Source: an uncultured Muribaculaceae bacterium (GTDB taxonomy: Bacteria > Bacillota_I > Bacilli_A > RF39 > UBA660). Taken from it: DNA of 60,670 nucleotides. Shown here one piece after another: positions 58,399 to 60,670 of this stretch (position 1 is the stretch's first letter; each line of letters begins with the position of its first letter). The DNA is taken from contig CAYJEO010000001.1 in assembly GCA_964369355.1 (NCBI GenBank), forward strand, positions 31,090 through 91,759. Reading direction: 5' to 3'. A program made the position numbers and the translations under genes. Under the pieces are notes generated by a model, which did not search any database, was not told where the DNA came from, and was given only the letters and a program-made list of their open reading frames with translations.

Positions 58399-60144
58399 TA
58401 TTGTATATCTAGATGAGTGGTTAGGATCTGCTATTCCACTATAAGTTGTATATGAGAATATACCGTTTATATAAGTTGCATTTGACCATAAAGAACCACC
58501 TCTATAAAACCAACTATTTACTAAATATTCAGATGTAACTCCTCTATCTTGATAAAAACCTAAAGTGTCCGTTAAAGCATCTCCTTTAATTGATGGGGTT
58601 GTAGTTACTCCATAATTACCATATGGATATATATTTATATATCTTCCTTCTGGCAAAGTTGTAAATCCTGATTTATCAAAATTAACTGTTCCATTTGACC
58701 TTAAAACAGTTCCCATAACTCTATCGAAAGTTCCACCTACTGTATCATATACACCATATATATTTCCAGTAGTTGATGCTCCCATACCATAATATGTATC
58801 ATAAGTATTTACTGTACAAGTAGCAGTTGTACTGCCTGCATGAGGATAATCTCCTCCTATACCTGTTGTATAATTAATACAATTATTAGGATAAATTTCT
58901 TTATTAACTCCTGTATAATCTGTATTTCCGTATTTTCCAAATTTAGATTGAGATAAATACGCCATTGATCCCCATTCTGTATTTTTAATTAAATGAGCAT
59001 CTACGTAACCTATATAACCATAGTTATAATATCCATTCATTCCATTCATTAAGCTTTGAACGTAATTAAATGTTTGAGCAATAGAATAATTAACCATAGG
59101 TGTCATACTAGGTTTTGAATATAATAAATTCCCTACTTTTGAAGCTTCAAATTTTGCTATCCAAAATCCGGGTATTTCTATATTACCTACATCACTCCTT
59201 GATGTGTCACAAGTATTGCCCCAACAAAATGCCGGTGATGTGTAATAGTTTGTTGGATATGCACTATCATATGTTGCACTACCAGTATCTAACATATCCG
59301 TACCGCCAAATTTAATATCAAAGGCTCCAGGAGTTGTTATGCTTAACTCAGAGCCTCCATAACCTAGATATCCTAAAGGTTCTCTTATTGTATATGAATA
59401 TCTTGGAATCCATACCATCATTGAAGTCATATGTTCCATTTCAACAATTGTACCTGGTTCTGATGCTACATATCTAGCTCGCTCTGATTCAATAACTGAT
59501 GTAGCATTTGCCCACTTTAAAATATCATAATCAAACCACTGTTGATTTAAAACGTCTGCTTTTACCCATTCATTTATTGTATTATCATAAACAATTGGGA
59601 TTAATCCATCAATTAAAACTGGGTCTGCACCATCTAAAGTCGGATCTTTATATATTCCACCTTTAGTAAATATATATTCTAATTCTAAAACAAAATTGGT
59701 ATTTGTCAAAGTTTTTTCTGTATTAAAATATATTTGGAAAGTAGTTTCTGAGTTAGGTGCAAATTCTGAATATATATATACACCTACTAAAAAGTAGTCG
59801 CCAACACCACTATAAATTAATTCATTAACTTCACTTAAATGATAATAATCACTTGTATCATTTTTAATAGTTACTTCGTAAAAAAATCTTGATGTCGTAT
59901 TTTGAACTGTTACGCCAATATTTGTTGTGCTATCTGTAAATGTAGGAGAAAAAGTTTCTGTTGCATTAGTTATAGATTCTAAGTGTATATCAGATATATA
60001 TATTCCACCTACTTCACCAATTACCGCTTCACCGCTAATTGCTAATTCTGTATTTAATGCAGAATACCCTATTGATATTACAGAAATAGATAAGAAAATT
60101 ATTAATAATCCTAAAACTTTAATACTAATAAAATTACGTATCAT
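58387..60144 (-). CDS. Secreted/anchored protein of the family commonly fused to pilin leaders in Bacillota, with FGE/SUMF1-like signature blocks
   Basis: N-terminal signal anchor LGLLIIFLSISVISIGYSALNTELAISGEA. Blocks WFDYDILKWANA, MVWIPRYSYTI, GFWIAKFEAS, NTEWGSMAYLSQSKFG, GNIYGVYDTVGGTFDRVMG, FYRGGS. GGAAGGAG RBS. Confidence 0.5.
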   Translation of the reverse strand: MIRNFISIKVLGLLIIFLSISVISIGYSALNTELAISGEAVIGEVGGIYISDIHLESITNATETFSPTFTDSTTNIGVTVQNTTSRFFYEVTIKNDTSDYYHLSEVNELIYSGVGDYFLVGVYIYSEFAPNSETTFQIYFNTEKTLTNTNFVLELEYIFTKGGIYKDPTLDGADPVLIDGLIPIVYDNTINEWVKADVLNQQWFDYDILKWANATSVIESERARYVASEPGTIVEMEHMTSMMVWIPRYSYTIREPLGYLGYGGSELSITTPGAFDIKFGGTDMLDTGSATYDSAYPTNYYTSPAFCWGNTCDTSRSDVGNIEIPGFWIAKFEASKVGNLLYSKPSMTPMVNYSIAQTFNYVQSLMNGMNGYYNYGYIGYVDAHLIKNTEWGSMAYLSQSKFGKYGNTDYTGVNKEIYPNNCINYTTGIGGDYPHAGSTTATCTVNTYDTYYGMGASTTGNIYGVYDTVGGTFDRVMGTVLRSNGTVNFDKSGFTTLPEGRYINIYPYGNYGVTTTPSIKGDALTDTLGFYQDRGVTSEYLVNSWFYRGGSLWSNATYINGIFSYTTYSGIADPNHSSRYTITIY

Positions 60145-60260
60145 AATAAAACTCCTTCCTATTATTACTTAAATTATAACATATAAATATCAAAAGTAAA
60201 ATATAGCATTATCAACTACACATATTTAAGATATTCTCATAAAATATTTTAGAGGTGTTT

Positions 60261-60670
60261 ATGGAAATATTAAAAATAAATAATTTAAAAAAAATATATC
60301 ATACACAAAAAGAAGAAATAAAAGCTTTAGATAACATCAGTTTTAATTTAAATAAAAATGAATTTTTATCAATTATCGGACCCAGCGGATGTGGTAAAAG
60401 TACTATATTATCTATACTCTCTAATTTAGAAAATAAAACAAGTGGTAATATTGAAGTAATTGATAATTTAAAATTAGGTTATATGCTTCAACAAGATTGT
60501 CTATTAGATTGGTTAACCATATTAGATAACTGTTTAATAGGTTTAGAAATACAAAAGAAAAAAACTAAAAAAAATATTTATTATGTTAAAAGATTATTAA
60601 AAACTTATGGCCTAAAAGATTTTATGTATAGTTATCCATCGAGTCTTTCAGGTGGTATGAGGCAGCGTGT
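60261..60670 (+). CDS. ABC transporter ATP-binding protein (NitT/TauT-type), 3'-truncated by the window edge
   Basis: Walker A GPSGCGKST, Q-loop MLQQD, signature LSGGMRQR at the window end. RBS AGAGGTG. Confidence 0.85.
   Translation, partial: MEILKINNLKKIYHTQKEEIKALDNISFNLNKNEFLSIIGPSGCGKSTILSILSNLENKTSGNIEVIDNLKLGYMLQQDCLLDWLTILDNCLIGLEIQKKKTKKNIYYVKRLLKTYGLKDFMYSYPSSLSGGMRQR

Overview
Very AT-rich, gene-dense chromosomal segment with 58 CDS called, 48 of them on the minus strand. The gene set points to a low-GC Bacillota lineage, by gene content an Erysipelotrichia-like or wall-bearing 'Mollicutes-like' organism. Evidence: PolC, RNA polymerase delta subunit, L32/YceD, PcrA-LigA, FtsEX, RF1/PrmC, RF2, and peptidoglycan genes (MurD, a class A PBP, a SEDS protein). 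Most of the window is housekeeping: polA, polC, ligA, pcrA, mutM, serS with a Ser T-box leader, argS, prfA, prfB with its programmed +1 frameshift, and pyk. Anaerobic metabolism is represented by pflBA, nrdDG and pduL. A compact block of sporulation-associated genes is also present: yabG-veg, spoVG, yabP-yabQ-divIC, yunB and a gerQ-like gene. No tRNA/rRNA genes, CRISPR arrays, transposases or integrases were seen. The unusual content is a set of single-gene inserts wedged between core operons, each with its own promoter and terminator. (1) An 811-aa protein with a prepilin-like leader, two ALK/LTK-type glycine-rich modules and a nested discoidin-like domain, behind a perfect consensus promoter. 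(2) Two bona fide class-III-leader (G|FTLIEL) pilin-like genes: one is flanked by identical 24-nt terminator copies, the other splits the conserved pcrA-ligA pair. (3) A related 585-aa secreted protein lying between the binding protein and the ATPase of an ABC transporter. Also notable are an anaerobic ribonucleotide reductase whose glycyl-radical tail sits on a separate 49-aa ORF, a Fic protein with Gln in place of the catalytic His, and a membrane-anchored EIIB-like protein lacking the phospho-Cys. All functional calls come from motif recognition by eye; no searches were run.
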